This document shows positions 40,486-52,139 of a DNA stretch of 64,000 nucleotides, piece by piece. Under the pieces are notes generated by a model. The model made no database searches. It saw nothing but the letters and a program-made list of their open reading frames with translations, and had not been told where the DNA came from. The stretch is from Alphaproteobacteria bacterium (GTDB lineage Bacteria > Pseudomonadota > Alphaproteobacteria > SP197), in NCBI GenBank assembly GCA_964291415.2, contig OZ219920.1:704001-768000 (forward strand). The letters are read 5' to 3'. A program made the translations under genes and the position numbers. How positions within the stretch are numbered: position 1 is the first letter of the stretch; each line of letters starts with the position of its first letter.

Positions 40486-40982
40486 CGACGCATCCCCTCT
40501 TCCATGACAGTCGCGCGCCGGCGATCTTGCCGTCTCTTCCAGGGTCTGGCAACGCATCGGCGCGGGCGCCACAATCGGCTCCGTACGCGGAGGAAAGGGA
40601 AGGTGAATTCCGGCTCCAGCGACCCCTGCTTCTGCCAGCTGATCGTCGAACAGCCGCCGCTGTCTCGCCGCGACGGCGGTGGGGGCTGTTTCCTCACTGG
40701 GGACCGCTGAAAGCGTGCGCACGGCCAATCTTGAAGGACGTTGAGTCGCCTCGGGCGTCTAGAGCGAGCCGAGCAACAACAGCACAGTCAGAATCACGAC
40801 CGGGATGGCAAAGGCGAGCACGACATGGTCGACAGGGCGCATGGTTCATGTCTGGCGGCGCGAGCGTCTCACGTCAATCGCCGTTCAGGCGAGATGGCGC
40901 TCCGATTGGCGGCAGGGCCGATTTGCGCGATCTCAACAATGCGTCGTGTGACCCACGGATCATTGTGTGCATTGGCGGAAAA

Positions 40983-41058
<76 letters not shown>

Positions 41059-41158
41059 GCCAAGGCGATGCAGTCTATATCAGGGGAGTTGCTCGCCTGT
41101 CGAGATGAAAGGTCTCGCATATCGGGTTACAAGAATACGGCGAAGGCGGAGTCGGCCC

Positions 41159-42238
41159 ATGACACGCGAACCGCAACGGGCTCTGGGTGCTATCTGGTAC
41201 ACCGATCGCGGACTCTTCATGGAAGAGCGCAGGAAGATCTTCGGTCACACCTGGCAACTCGTCTGCCATCAGTCCGAATTGCCCCGCCCCGGAGACTATG
41301 TCGCCCGGCAGGCGATCATGGCCATTCGCCATCCGTCGGGGACGGTGAAGGCCTTTCACAACGTCTGCCGGCATCGGGGTCACGAGCTCCTGGCCGGCAA
41401 GGGCAACAGGAGGCTCATCACCTGTCCCTATCACGGCTGGTGCTACGACCTCGACGGTGGTCTGAAAAGTGCCCCCGGAAGCGATGACGTTCCGCACTTC
41501 GATGCCGGCTCCATCCGCTTGGGCGAGGTTCGCTGCGAGGTGTTCTGCGGCTTCGTTTTCGTCAATCCCGACCGGGAGGCGCTTCCCATGGCGCACTGGT
41601 ACCCCGGCGTCGAGGAGGAAATGCGCGACCTTGTGCCCTTCATCGACAACCTCCGGCTCGTGGACGAGGTGGTCGTCGAGGAGGCGTGCAACTGGAAGGT
41701 CTCGGTGGAGAACTACAACGAGTGCTACCACTGCAAGCTGCGCCATCCGACGCTCTCGAACGGCGTCCTCGATCCCGAGAGCTACGACATCCGGCCGCAA
41801 GGCTATTGCCTCCGGCACACGACCACCGCGGCGCAGTCCGATGCCATGACCTACGGCATCGATGTCTCGGACGAAGGCGCGTCCTCCTACAGTTCCTGGT
41901 ACCTGTGGCCGACCTGTTCATTCCAGGTCTACCCTGGACGCCTTCTCAACACGTTCCACTGGGAGGCGGCAAACCACGCCACGGTGACGGTGCGGCGCGG
42001 CTGGTACGTCCGGAATGGCGAGAGCGACGCCACGGCCCGCCAGCTGGCGCGCCTCGATCGGGAAACCACGCTGGCAGAAGACATCGACATCGTGGAATCG
42101 GTTCAGCGTGGCCTTGAAAGCGGCCACTACGAACCGGGTCCGCTCGTCGTCAATCCCCGGGGCGGCGTGATGAGCGAGCACTCGATCGCCACCCTCCAGC
42201 GCTGGGTGCGCGACGCCCTCGAGACTCCGGCGGCGTGA
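41159..42238 (+). CDS. Rieske non-heme iron oxygenase alpha subunit (CntA/choline monooxygenase-like)
   Basis: CRHRGH...CPYHGW Rieske motif, NWK..VENYNECYHC...H, ED...VESVQRGL. Confidence 0.9.
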   Translation: MTREPQRALGAIWYTDRGLFMEERRKIFGHTWQLVCHQSELPRPGDYVARQAIMAIRHPSGTVKAFHNVCRHRGHELLAGKGNRRLITCPYHGWCYDLDGGLKSAPGSDDVPHFDAGSIRLGEVRCEVFCGFVFVNPDREALPMAHWYPGVEEEMRDLVPFIDNLRLVDEVVVEEACNWKVSVENYNECYHCKLRHPTLSNGVLDPESYDIRPQGYCLRHTTTAAQSDAMTYGIDVSDEGASSYSSWYLWPTCSFQVYPGRLLNTFHWEAANHATVTVRRGWYVRNGESDATARQLARLDRETTLAEDIDIVESVQRGLESGHYEPGPLVVNPRGGVMSEHSIATLQRWVRDALETPAA

Positions 42239-42358
42239 TCCTCGCCTGGCCGGGTTCGGCCGGTCCGCATCAACTGCCCTTGAAGGTGAGCCGGTGCGGC
42301 CGTCGACACGTTGGTTTGGGGTGAGTTCGGGAGCGGCAAGGCGCCGCGTTCACGGGTC

Positions 42359-44017
42359 TCAGCGCTGGTGCGTTTCCCACTCGGGGTGGATCCACACCGG
42401 GGCGTCGGAAGGTTCCGGTGGGGGACGTCCGAGAATCATGTCGCTGGCCTTTTCCGCGATCATGATGACGGGGGCATTGAGGTTGCCCGAGACGATGTCC
42501 GGCATGACCGAGGCGTCCACCACCCTCAGGCCCTCGACGCCGTGGACCTTCAGTTCCGGATCGACGACGCTCCCCATGGCGCAGGTGCAGGAGGGGTGGT
42601 AGCTCGATTCGCACGTGTCGCGGATCCATGCTTCGAGTTCGGCATCCGTCTGCCTGTCGTCACCGGGCCAGATCTCCTGGCCGCGGTAGCGCTCGAAGGC
42701 CTTCGCGGCCAGGATCTCCCGGGTCAGGCGGACAGCATCGATGAGGCCTCGCACGTCCTCGGGTTCCTTGAGGTAGTTGAAGAGGATTTCGGGCGCCTGG
42801 CGCGGATCGGCGCTGCGGATCCTGACATGTCCTCGAGAGAGCGGCCGCATGATGTCGACCATGGCCTGGAAACCATGAATGCGGTTCACGTTGAAGGCGT
42901 CGTAGGTCATGGCCATCGGCAGGAAATGATACTGGATGTCGGGGTGTTCGATGCCGGCGCGGCTGCGGATGAATCCACCCGATTCCATGTGATTGGACGT
43001 TGCCGGCCCTGACTTGCTGAGGAACCACTCGAGGCCGACCTTCAGCTTGCCAAGGGGTGTCAGGTGGCGCAGCAGACTGACCGGCTCCCTGCATTCGTGC
43101 TGGACAAAGACCTCGAGGTGGTCCTGAAGGTTCTCACCCACGTCCGCCAGGTCGACGTGCGCCGTGATGCCGACATCGGCGAGACGGTCGGCGTGGCCGA
43201 TGCCCGAGAGCTGCAGGATCTGGGGCGAGTTGATGGCGCCGCCCGCGAGAATGACCTCGCGCGTGGCGCGAACCTTCAGGACCTCGTTGCGGTGAACATA
43301 CTCGACGCCGATCGCCTGCCCGTTCTCGATGAGAATGCGGGTCACGAGCGCCCGGGTGGCAAGCGAGAGATTGGGCCGGCGAAGCGCCGGCCTCAGGTAT
43401 GCCGTCGCCGTGCTCCAGCGCCGGCCGTTGCGGGTCGTGCGGTCCATGGCCCCGATGCCCTCCTGGCGGAAGCCGTTGAGGTCGGAACTCTCGGCATAAC
43501 CCTGCTCCACGGCCGCCGCCGTGAAGGCCTGGTGCAGCGGGTTGCTCCCGAGGCGGCCGGAGGTGACATGGAGAGGCCCGTCTCCGCCGTGGTAGTCGTC
43601 GCTCCCCTTCTCGTGGGTTTCGGCCCGCCGGAAATAGGGCAGGACGTCGCGATAGGACCAGCCGCGGCAGCCGCGCTGCGCCCACTTGTCATAGTCGAGG
43701 GCATGGCCGCGAATGTAGACCATGCCGTTGATCGAACTCGATCCGCCGAGCACACGGCCCCTGGGGCAGTGGATCACCCTGCCATTGAGCCAGGGTTCCG
43801 GTTCGGTGTGATAGAACCAGTTGAAACGATCGTCGCGCAACGGCCAGGCGAAGGCCGTCGGCATGTGGATCATCCAGCTGAAGAGGCCGCGGTCCGCCGG
43901 TCCGGCCTCGAGCACCAGCACCCGGTTCGCGGGATCGGCGGAGAGCCTGTTCGCCAGGGTCGAGCCGGCTGATCCGGAACCGACGATGACGAACTCGGTG
44001 TCGTGATCGAAAGTCAT
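42359..44017 (-). CDS. betA: choline dehydrogenase (GMC oxidoreductase)
   Basis: GSGSAG, IHMP.A, PRGRVLGGSSSINGM.YIRG, ENLQDHLE, YHPSCTC.MG, SGNLNAP.IMIAEK. Confidence 0.9.
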   Translation of the reverse strand: MTFDHDTEFVIVGSGSAGSTLANRLSADPANRVLVLEAGPADRGLFSWMIHMPTAFAWPLRDDRFNWFYHTEPEPWLNGRVIHCPRGRVLGGSSSINGMVYIRGHALDYDKWAQRGCRGWSYRDVLPYFRRAETHEKGSDDYHGGDGPLHVTSGRLGSNPLHQAFTAAAVEQGYAESSDLNGFRQEGIGAMDRTTRNGRRWSTATAYLRPALRRPNLSLATRALVTRILIENGQAIGVEYVHRNEVLKVRATREVILAGGAINSPQILQLSGIGHADRLADVGITAHVDLADVGENLQDHLEVFVQHECREPVSLLRHLTPLGKLKVGLEWFLSKSGPATSNHMESGGFIRSRAGIEHPDIQYHFLPMAMTYDAFNVNRIHGFQAMVDIMRPLSRGHVRIRSADPRQAPEILFNYLKEPEDVRGLIDAVRLTREILAAKAFERYRGQEIWPGDDRQTDAELEAWIRDTCESSYHPSCTCAMGSVVDPELKVHGVEGLRVVDASVMPDIVSGNLNAPVIMIAEKASDMILGRPPPEPSDAPVWIHPEWETHQR

Positions 44018-44036
44018 GGACGACTCCGGGGACCGG

Positions 44037-44070
44037 AATGAAGGGAGCCGCGGCATCCACCGCGGCTCCC
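44037..44070 (-). terminator. intrinsic terminator-like hairpin after groEL copy 1
   Basis: GGGAGCCGCGG-N6-CCGCGGCTCCC 11-bp stem followed by TTCATT on the minus strand. Confidence 0.7.
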
Positions 44071-44093
44071 GTCGGATCATCCGGATGGTACGC

Positions 44094-46053
<1,960 letters not shown>

Positions 46054-46100
46054 GTTGCAACCTCCTGTATGAATATGATTCCTTGCTGGGTTCAAGCGTA

Positions 46101-46127
46101 TTGGCACTCACCTGGGGAGAGTGCCAA
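46101..46127. promoter_or_regulatory. CIRCE element (HrcA operator)
   Basis: TTGGCACTC-N9-GAGTGCCAA upstream of groES. Confidence 0.93.
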
Positions 46128-46132
46128 CAGTG

Positions 46133-46160
46133 ATGTAGGAGTCAGACCGGCGAGTTCAAG
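46133..46160 (-). promoter_or_regulatory. RpoH-type heat-shock promoter of groESL-1
   Basis: Minus strand CTTG-N17-CCTACAT directly upstream of the CIRCE. Confidence 0.7.
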
Positions 46161-46204
46161 GGGCAAAGCGCCGGCGGGCAAAATAAATTGCCGAGGCCGC
46201 GCCT

Positions 46205-47452
46205 TCAGGTGGCGGAGCGTCTGGTGACGGCGAGAGCGCGGCGGTCGAGTTCTCCTTCGATGTCGGCCAGGTCCACACCGGCGCGGACTGCTGCGACGAG
46301 GGCAAAGAAGATGACATCGGCCGCCTCGTGGATGACGTCGGCCCGTGTTCCGGCCGCGGCCAGTTCCCCGGCTTCCTCGAGGAGCTTGGCCTCGAGGACT
46401 GCCGGCTCGCTGAAGAGCCGGGCCGTGTAGGAGCCGGCGGGCGCGTCCGCCAGGCGTCCGGCGAGAACGCGGGCAAGGGCCGGAAGACCCGCGTCGTCCC
46501 CCCAGCAGGTATGGGTTCCGAGGTGACAGAAACCGCTGCCCGCCTGGTGCACGGTGAACTTCAGGGCGTCGCGGTCACAGTCGGGATCGATCCTCAGCAG
46601 TTCCTGGGTGGCGCCCGACGTCTCGCCCTTGATCCAGAGACCCCGCGTGCGCGAATGGTAGACACCCGCCTTCCGGTCGACGGCGGCCCGCAGGCTCTCG
46701 GCATCCGACCACGCCAATCCCAGGGCCCGCTGGTGCTCGTCAACCACGACGGTCGGCCACAGGCCATCCGGCCGGTCGCTCACCAGCGGCGCGGCAATGG
46801 CATCGGCCAGGTGAAGGGCGCCCGAATAGAGCGCCATCCCAACCTGGGCGTCGATCCCGGCTCGATCGGCCGTGGCGATTTCCAGGGGGTCGGTGAACCC
46901 GCCTGCCACCGTCAGGCGGGCATCGCCCGCCGCTCCGGCGAGGGCAAGGGCGCGGTCGAGATCGGTTCCTTCCATCCTCCCCTCGCGCTCGACGAAGGTG
47001 ACGAGAAAGCCGCCGGCAAGGTCGTGGAGTCTTGCCATCCCGGCCTCCACGGTCTCGCCGCTTCGCGTCGTCCAGCCGTGGGTGACCACCTCGTCATGCA
47101 GCGCATCGAGGGCAACGATGACCCGCCGGCGCGGCAGCTGCGAAAGAATCTCCGGCGTGGCGGCAGTCCCGAGAATGATCCTGCGGGCGCCGGCATCGAG
47201 CCAGTGCCGCGCCGTGTCGACGTCCCGGATACCGCCTCCGACACGGCAGGGAGCCATGCGCACGAGCTCCTCGATGAGAGCCCGGTTGTGGCCGGTGCCG
47301 CGGGCGGCGTCGAGGTCGATGACGGCGATCTCGCCGGCCAGACGGAAGCGCTCGGCGATGGGCCGGGGATCGCCGGCCTCGATGCGGAGCTCCCTGCCGC
47401 CGACGAGCTGCACGGCCTGGCCGTTCGACAGGTCTATCGACGGGACGATCAT
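46205..47452 (-). CDS. HisA-HisI-HisE fusion protein
   Basis: HisA motifs (PSIDL..G.AVQL, IDLDAA, VGGGIR), HisI motifs (SRTR.LW.KGETSG, DCD.DAL, CH.G..TC), HisE motifs (SYT..L, KL.EEA.E, EAAD) in one 415 aa frame. Confidence 0.9.
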   Translation of the reverse strand: MIVPSIDLSNGQAVQLVGGRELRIEAGDPRPIAERFRLAGEIAVIDLDAARGTGHNRALIEELVRMAPCRVGGGIRDVDTARHWLDAGARRIILGTAATPEILSQLPRRRVIVALDALHDEVVTHGWTTRSGETVEAGMARLHDLAGGFLVTFVEREGRMEGTDLDRALALAGAAGDARLTVAGGFTDPLEIATADRAGIDAQVGMALYSGALHLADAIAAPLVSDRPDGLWPTVVVDEHQRALGLAWSDAESLRAAVDRKAGVYHSRTRGLWIKGETSGATQELLRIDPDCDRDALKFTVHQAGSGFCHLGTHTCWGDDAGLPALARVLAGRLADAPAGSYTARLFSEPAVLEAKLLEEAGELAAAGTRADVIHEAADVIFFALVAAVRAGVDLADIEGELDRRALAVTRRSAT

Positions 47453-48231
47453 GTGTGTGATCCCCGGGTGTGTCCGGGGACCGGCCGTGTCGGAATGCCC
47501 GCCCCTGCCATGGCCTGCTTGACGTCACCCACCGTGTAGTCGGAATCGTGGAAGATGGAGGCGGCCAGCACCGCATCGGCACCGTGACGCAGAGCCTCCA
47601 CGAGGTGGGCAGGCGAGTCGGCACCACCGGAGGCGATGACCGGAACCGGCACCGCAGCGGCCACGGCGGCGATGAGCCTGGTCTCGTAGCCGGAACGGGT
47701 GCCGTCACGATCCCAGCTGGTCAGGAGGATTTCGCCGGCGCCGTGTTCGACCGCCCGGACGGCCCAGTGAATGGCATCAAGACCCGTGCGCGTCCGGCCC
47801 GACAGCGTGACGACTTCCCAGCTCGCGCCGTTGGCGGCGGCATCGACGGCCACCACGGTGCACTGGCGGCCGAACCTTCCGGCAATCTCGCCCAGGAGTT
47901 CCGGTCTCGAAACAGCGGCGGTGTTGGCCGCGACCTTGTCCGCGCCGGCCTCGAGCAGGGCTCCGGCGTCGTCGAGCGACCTCACGCCGCCGCCCACGGT
48001 CAGCGGAATGCCCAGAGACTGGCGCACCGCCGCCACGGCATCACGGGCATTGTGGCGGCCTTCCGGCGTTGCCGACACGTCCAGCATGACGATTTCGTCG
48101 GCACCCTGGCGTTCGTAGGCCCTGGCCAGTTCCACGGGATCGCCGGCGTCCCTCAACCCCTGGAAGCGGACGCCCTTGACGACGCGTCCGGCGTCGACAT
48201 CGAGACAGGGAATGACCCGTGCGGTCAGCAC
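47449..48231 (-). CDS. hisF: imidazole glycerol phosphate synthase cyclase subunit
   Basis: RVIPCLDV..GRVVKG..F, GADE..LD, GAGEILLTS.DRDGT, IASGGA. Confidence 0.96.
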   Translation of the reverse strand: MLTARVIPCLDVDAGRVVKGVRFQGLRDAGDPVELARAYERQGADEIVMLDVSATPEGRHNARDAVAAVRQSLGIPLTVGGGVRSLDDAGALLEAGADKVAANTAAVSRPELLGEIAGRFGRQCTVVAVDAAANGASWEVVTLSGRTRTGLDAIHWAVRAVEHGAGEILLTSWDRDGTRSGYETRLIAAVAAAVPVPVIASGGADSPAHLVEALRHGADAVLAASIFHDSDYTVGDVKQAMAGAGIPTRPVPGHTRGSHT

Positions 48232-48830
48232 GGCGTGGCCAGCCAGCGGCGGATCAGTGCTTCACCCCAGCAACCGGACAGTTCCGGATGAAACTGGCAG
48301 GCGACAAGGGCATCGCGCTCGAGTGCGGCAACGAAGGGTCCGCCATGGTCCGCCATGGCGGCACACCAGCCGCGAGGCGCGCTTTCGAGACGATAGGAGT
48401 TGGCAAAGTAGGCATGGCCGGCGACGAGTGTCCTGCAACCGTTTCCGGGCGCCAGGCTGTTCCAGCCGAACTGGGGAACCCGCACCCCTTCCGGAAACCG
48501 CGTCACGGCGTCATCGATGAGGCCGAGACCGGCGGCCCCCGGAGATTCCTCGCTGGACCGGCACAGCAGCTGGAATCCGACGCAGATGGCGAGAAGCGGT
48601 TTCCCGCTGTCGATGTGTTCCCTCAGGGCGTCGGCGGTACCGGCGCCGCGGAGCGTATCCATGGCCGCGCCAAAGGTTCCCACGCCAGGCAGCACGACAT
48701 GGGTGGCAGCCCGGATCTCGTCAGGTGAGCGGCCGGTGCGGGGCAGGCCGCCGGCACGCCTGAGCGCGGCCAGGACCGAGGCCAGGTTGGCTGTTCCGGT
48801 ACGGCAGACGACGACGTCCGGCACGGTCAC
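48225..48830 (-). CDS. hisH: imidazole glycerol phosphate synthase glutaminase subunit
   Basis: NL.SV, LPGVG.F, ICVG.Q, P..GWN, YF.NSY, QFHPE.S. Confidence 0.94.
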   Translation of the reverse strand: MTVPDVVVCRTGTANLASVLAALRRAGGLPRTGRSPDEIRAATHVVLPGVGTFGAAMDTLRGAGTADALREHIDSGKPLLAICVGFQLLCRSSEESPGAAGLGLIDDAVTRFPEGVRVPQFGWNSLAPGNGCRTLVAGHAYFANSYRLESAPRGWCAAMADHGGPFVAALERDALVACQFHPELSGCWGEALIRRWLATPC

Positions 48831-49414
48831 AGACGACCCTTCGTGCTCGGGATCTCGTCGTGGCCGTCGAGGGCGACCGCGTGGCGCAAGGCGACGGCGA
48901 CCGCCTTGAAGGCGGCTTCGGCGCGGTGATGGTCGTTGATTCCGCGCAGCACGTCGACATGAAGCGTGAGTTGCCCGGCCATGGCGAAACTCGAGAGAAC
49001 GTGGGGGATCATCTCGGCTGCCGTGTCGCCGATGCGCTCGCGTCGGAGACCCAGCTCGACATGCGCAAAGGGACGCCCGGAAAGATCGATCACCGCCCGC
49101 GCCACGGCTTCGTCGAGCGGCACATGGGCATCGGCGAAGCGGCGGATGCCGCGCTTGTCCCCCAGGGCTTCGTCGACCGCCGCACCGAGTGCCAGGGCAC
49201 AGTCTTCCGCCGTGTGATGATCGTCGACGTCCAGGTCACCCTCGGCGTGAAGCGCCACATCCATGCGGCTGTGCCGCGTCAGGGAGTCGAGGAGGTGGTC
49301 GAGAAAGCGCAGGCCGGTGACGACGTCGCTCTTGCCGGTGCCGTCAAGATTGACGGTGACCGTCACGGCGGTTTCGCGGGTCGAGCGGCTGACTGTCGCA
49401 ACGCGTTCCATCAT
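48827..49414 (-). CDS. hisB: imidazoleglycerol-phosphate dehydratase
   Basis: R.T.ET, FLDH, DDHHT.ED, NDHH..EA.FKA, PSTKG. Confidence 0.96.
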   Translation of the reverse strand: MMERVATVSRSTRETAVTVTVNLDGTGKSDVVTGLRFLDHLLDSLTRHSRMDVALHAEGDLDVDDHHTAEDCALALGAAVDEALGDKRGIRRFADAHVPLDEAVARAVIDLSGRPFAHVELGLRRERIGDTAAEMIPHVLSSFAMAGQLTLHVDVLRGINDHHRAEAAFKAVAVALRHAVALDGHDEIPSTKGRL

Positions 49415-49444
49415 GGTTCTCCCGTGCCCCGATGACCCGTGGCC

Positions 49445-50323
49445 TCATGCCACGATGTTGCTGATGGGGCTGACGACAATGTCGGTGCCGCCCATTGCCT
49501 TGATGCGCGGAATGATACGCGCCAGCCTGTCGCGAGGCACAGCCGCCTTGACGGCGTAGCCGCTGTTTCCGTGAAGCGGCGAGATGGTGGGTTCGCGCAT
49601 CGAGGGCAGGCAGGCAACGACCGGCTCGAGGTGATCGGCTGTGACGTTCACTTCGACCATCACCCTCCGTCGGGCATCGATGACCGACCGGATCATCATC
49701 GCAAAACTCGAGATGGCGTCGCGCTTGCCCGCATCGTCAAGGGCTGCCGGATGCGCGAACAGGCGCGTCGACGAGGTCAGGATGGAGGCGACAATCTCCA
49801 GTCCGTTGGCGCGCAGTGTGGCCCCCGTTGCCGAGTTGTCGACAATGCAGTCGGCATCCTCCGGCGGGAACACCTCGGTGGCTCCGTAAGAGCGCACAAA
49901 CGTCGCTTCGAGAGATGCCTCGGCAATCCACGAGCGTGTCAGGCGCTCGTATTCGCTCGCCACCATGAGGTGACGGTCGGGCAACCGGCCTCTGTCCAGG
50001 ATCCTTGTCGGCGCCGCGGCAACGAGTTCGACCGGATCGAGACCGGTATCAACGAGCTCGACGAGGTCAGCCTCCTTCTCGATCACCCAGTCGCGCCCGG
50101 CAAACCCGATGTCCCGGCTGCCGATGTGGAGCATCTCGACGATGTTCTGTGGCTTGAGAAGCTTGGCATCGAAATCAGGCAGCGAAATCGCCGGCCGGTA
50201 GTCGCGGGCGCTGGTGACGCGCCCCGAGCGGACGTGAATGCCGGCATCCTCGAGGAGGGCATGGACATTGTCCTGCATGCGGCCCTTGGGGAGACCGAGG
50301 CGGATGATGGGGGCGGCCGTCAT
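49445..50323 (-). CDS. hisG: ATP phosphoribosyltransferase, long form
   Basis: LPKGRM, D.G..G.D, GATE, AD.IVD...TG.TL.AN.L, plus C-terminal regulatory domain (LP.M..PTISPL...GG.DI). Confidence 0.93.
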   Translation of the reverse strand: MTAAPIIRLGLPKGRMQDNVHALLEDAGIHVRSGRVTSARDYRPAISLPDFDAKLLKPQNIVEMLHIGSRDIGFAGRDWVIEKEADLVELVDTGLDPVELVAAAPTRILDRGRLPDRHLMVASEYERLTRSWIAEASLEATFVRSYGATEVFPPEDADCIVDNSATGATLRANGLEIVASILTSSTRLFAHPAALDDAGKRDAISSFAMMIRSVIDARRRVMVEVNVTADHLEPVVACLPSMREPTISPLHGNSGYAVKAAVPRDRLARIIPRIKAMGGTDIVVSPISNIVA

Positions 50324-50599
50324 GGTCGATGAGGCATGTGAGGGGGCAGGAAGTCGCCGGAAAGTCAGCGATCGAAGCGCCAAAGTCAACCGCAGGCTGG
50401 CGATCCGGCAGACGCGGCGTCTCCGGTTGTGCGTCGGCTCGGGGTCTGGAGTAGACTTCGCCGCCGTTTGCGGAAAGGGAGTGCCGGTCATGACCGTCTG
50501 GGGATCCGATCATGTGAACTTCGTTCACGCGTGCAGGCGCTTTGAGCGCACGCCGGGAGAAGTCCGGCGCCATCCGGTCCGCGAGGTCGGGGGGTCGAG

Positions 50600-51685
50600 A
50601 TGAAGATCGATGGAGTTGCCTGGCGGTCGATCCAGGTCGCGGACGATGCGAGGACGGTCATCATCATCGACCAGACCTGTCTGCCGCACCGGTTCGTGAC
50701 GACAACGCTCACCTCTCTCGAGGATGCGGCGCATGCGATTCGTGCCATGCAGGTGCGGGGAGCGCCGCTGATCGGCGCCACCGCCGCCTACGGCATGGCG
50801 CTGGCGATGCGGCAGGATGCGTCGGACAAGGCCATGAACGATGCGGCCCGGACCCTCCTCGCCACCCGGCCGACGGCGGTCAACCTGCGATGGGCCGTCG
50901 AACGCGTTCTCGCCCGACTGACCCCGCTTGACCGGAGTGCCCGCGAGGACGAGGCCTACGCTCTCGCGGCGGAGATCTGTGACGAGGATGCGGCGATCTG
51001 CGAGGCGATCGGCGAGCACGGACTGGCGATCCTGAAGGACCATCACGAGGAAACCGGCCAGCCGGTCCAGGTCATGACCCACTGCAATGCCGGTTGGTTG
51101 GCGACTGTCGACTGGGGTACCGCCCTGGCGCCGGTCTACAAGGCTCATGATGCCGGTGTTCCGGTCCATGTCTGGGTCTCCGAGACGCGTCCGAGGAACC
51201 AGGGAGCGTCGCTGACGGCCTGGGAGCTGGCGCGTCACGGAGTGCCGCACACGCTTGTTGTCGACAACGCCGCCGGACATCTCATGCGCACCGGCCGGGT
51301 CGACATGACCATCACCGGAGCCGACCGTGTCACCGCCTCGGGCGATGTCTGCAACAAGATCGGAACCTATCTCAAGGCGCTGGCGGCACACCGGCACGGT
51401 CTGCCGTTTTATGCCGCACTGCCGTCACCGACCATCGACTGGCGTCTCATGGACGGCGATGCCATACCCATCGAGGAACGAGGCGGCGGCGAGGTGACCA
51501 CAGTGACCGGCTGTGCCGCGGACGGGACCGTCGGGCCGGTCGCGATTGCGCCCGAAACGACGATGCCGGAGAACCCGGCCTTCGACGTCACGCCGGCCGA
51601 ACTCGTGACCGGGCTGATTACCGAGCGGGGCCTGTGCGATGCCAGTGCCGGATCCCTTGCCGGCCTGTTCGCCGATCAGGCCTGA
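50600..51685 (+). CDS. mtnA: S-methyl-5-thioribose-1-phosphate isomerase
   Basis: DQT.LP, VRGAPLIG, RPTAVNL, THCNAG.LAT...GTA, ETRP..QG, NKIGTY, NPAFDVTP. Confidence 0.95.
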   Translation: MKIDGVAWRSIQVADDARTVIIIDQTCLPHRFVTTTLTSLEDAAHAIRAMQVRGAPLIGATAAYGMALAMRQDASDKAMNDAARTLLATRPTAVNLRWAVERVLARLTPLDRSAREDEAYALAAEICDEDAAICEAIGEHGLAILKDHHEETGQPVQVMTHCNAGWLATVDWGTALAPVYKAHDAGVPVHVWVSETRPRNQGASLTAWELARHGVPHTLVVDNAAGHLMRTGRVDMTITGADRVTASGDVCNKIGTYLKALAAHRHGLPFYAALPSPTIDWRLMDGDAIPIEERGGGEVTTVTGCAADGTVGPVAIAPETTMPENPAFDVTPAELVTGLITERGLCDASAGSLAGLFADQA

Positions 51686-51737
51686 CTGCTCCGCCGTCAC
51701 CACCGGTCGCGGAGATGTCCATCATCGGGAGAATGTC

Positions 51738-52139
51738 ATGAGTGAGATGTACGAGAAGGGCCTGGCCAACCGGCGCGAAGTCCTCGGAGCCGACTACGTC
51801 GACAGGGCGATCAACGGAGCCGACCGGTTCAACGCCGGCTTCCAGAATCTGCTGACCACCTATTGCTGGGGGGAGATCTGGAGCGGAGAAGGTCTCGACC
51901 GTCGCCAACGCAGTCTCAACAACCTGTGCATGACGGCGGCTTCCGGACGCATGCACGAGTTCGAGTTGCACTTCAGGGGCGCGCTGCGCAACGGTGTCAC
52001 CCTGGCGGCGTTGCGTGACACGCTGATGCAGATCGCCGTCTACTGCGGCATGCCGGCCGGAGTCGAGAGCTTCCGCATCGCCCGCAGTGTGTTTGCCGAA
52101 CTGGGCATTGATCCGGAGACGGACGACAGCCTTGGCTGA
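51738..52139 (+). CDS. carboxymuconolactone decarboxylase-family protein
   Basis: G...RR.VLG..YV, CWG.IW..GL..R.RS, H..GALRNG, YCG.PAG. Confidence 0.88.
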   Translation: MSEMYEKGLANRREVLGADYVDRAINGADRFNAGFQNLLTTYCWGEIWSGEGLDRRQRSLNNLCMTAASGRMHEFELHFRGALRNGVTLAALRDTLMQIAVYCGMPAGVESFRIARSVFAELGIDPETDDSLG

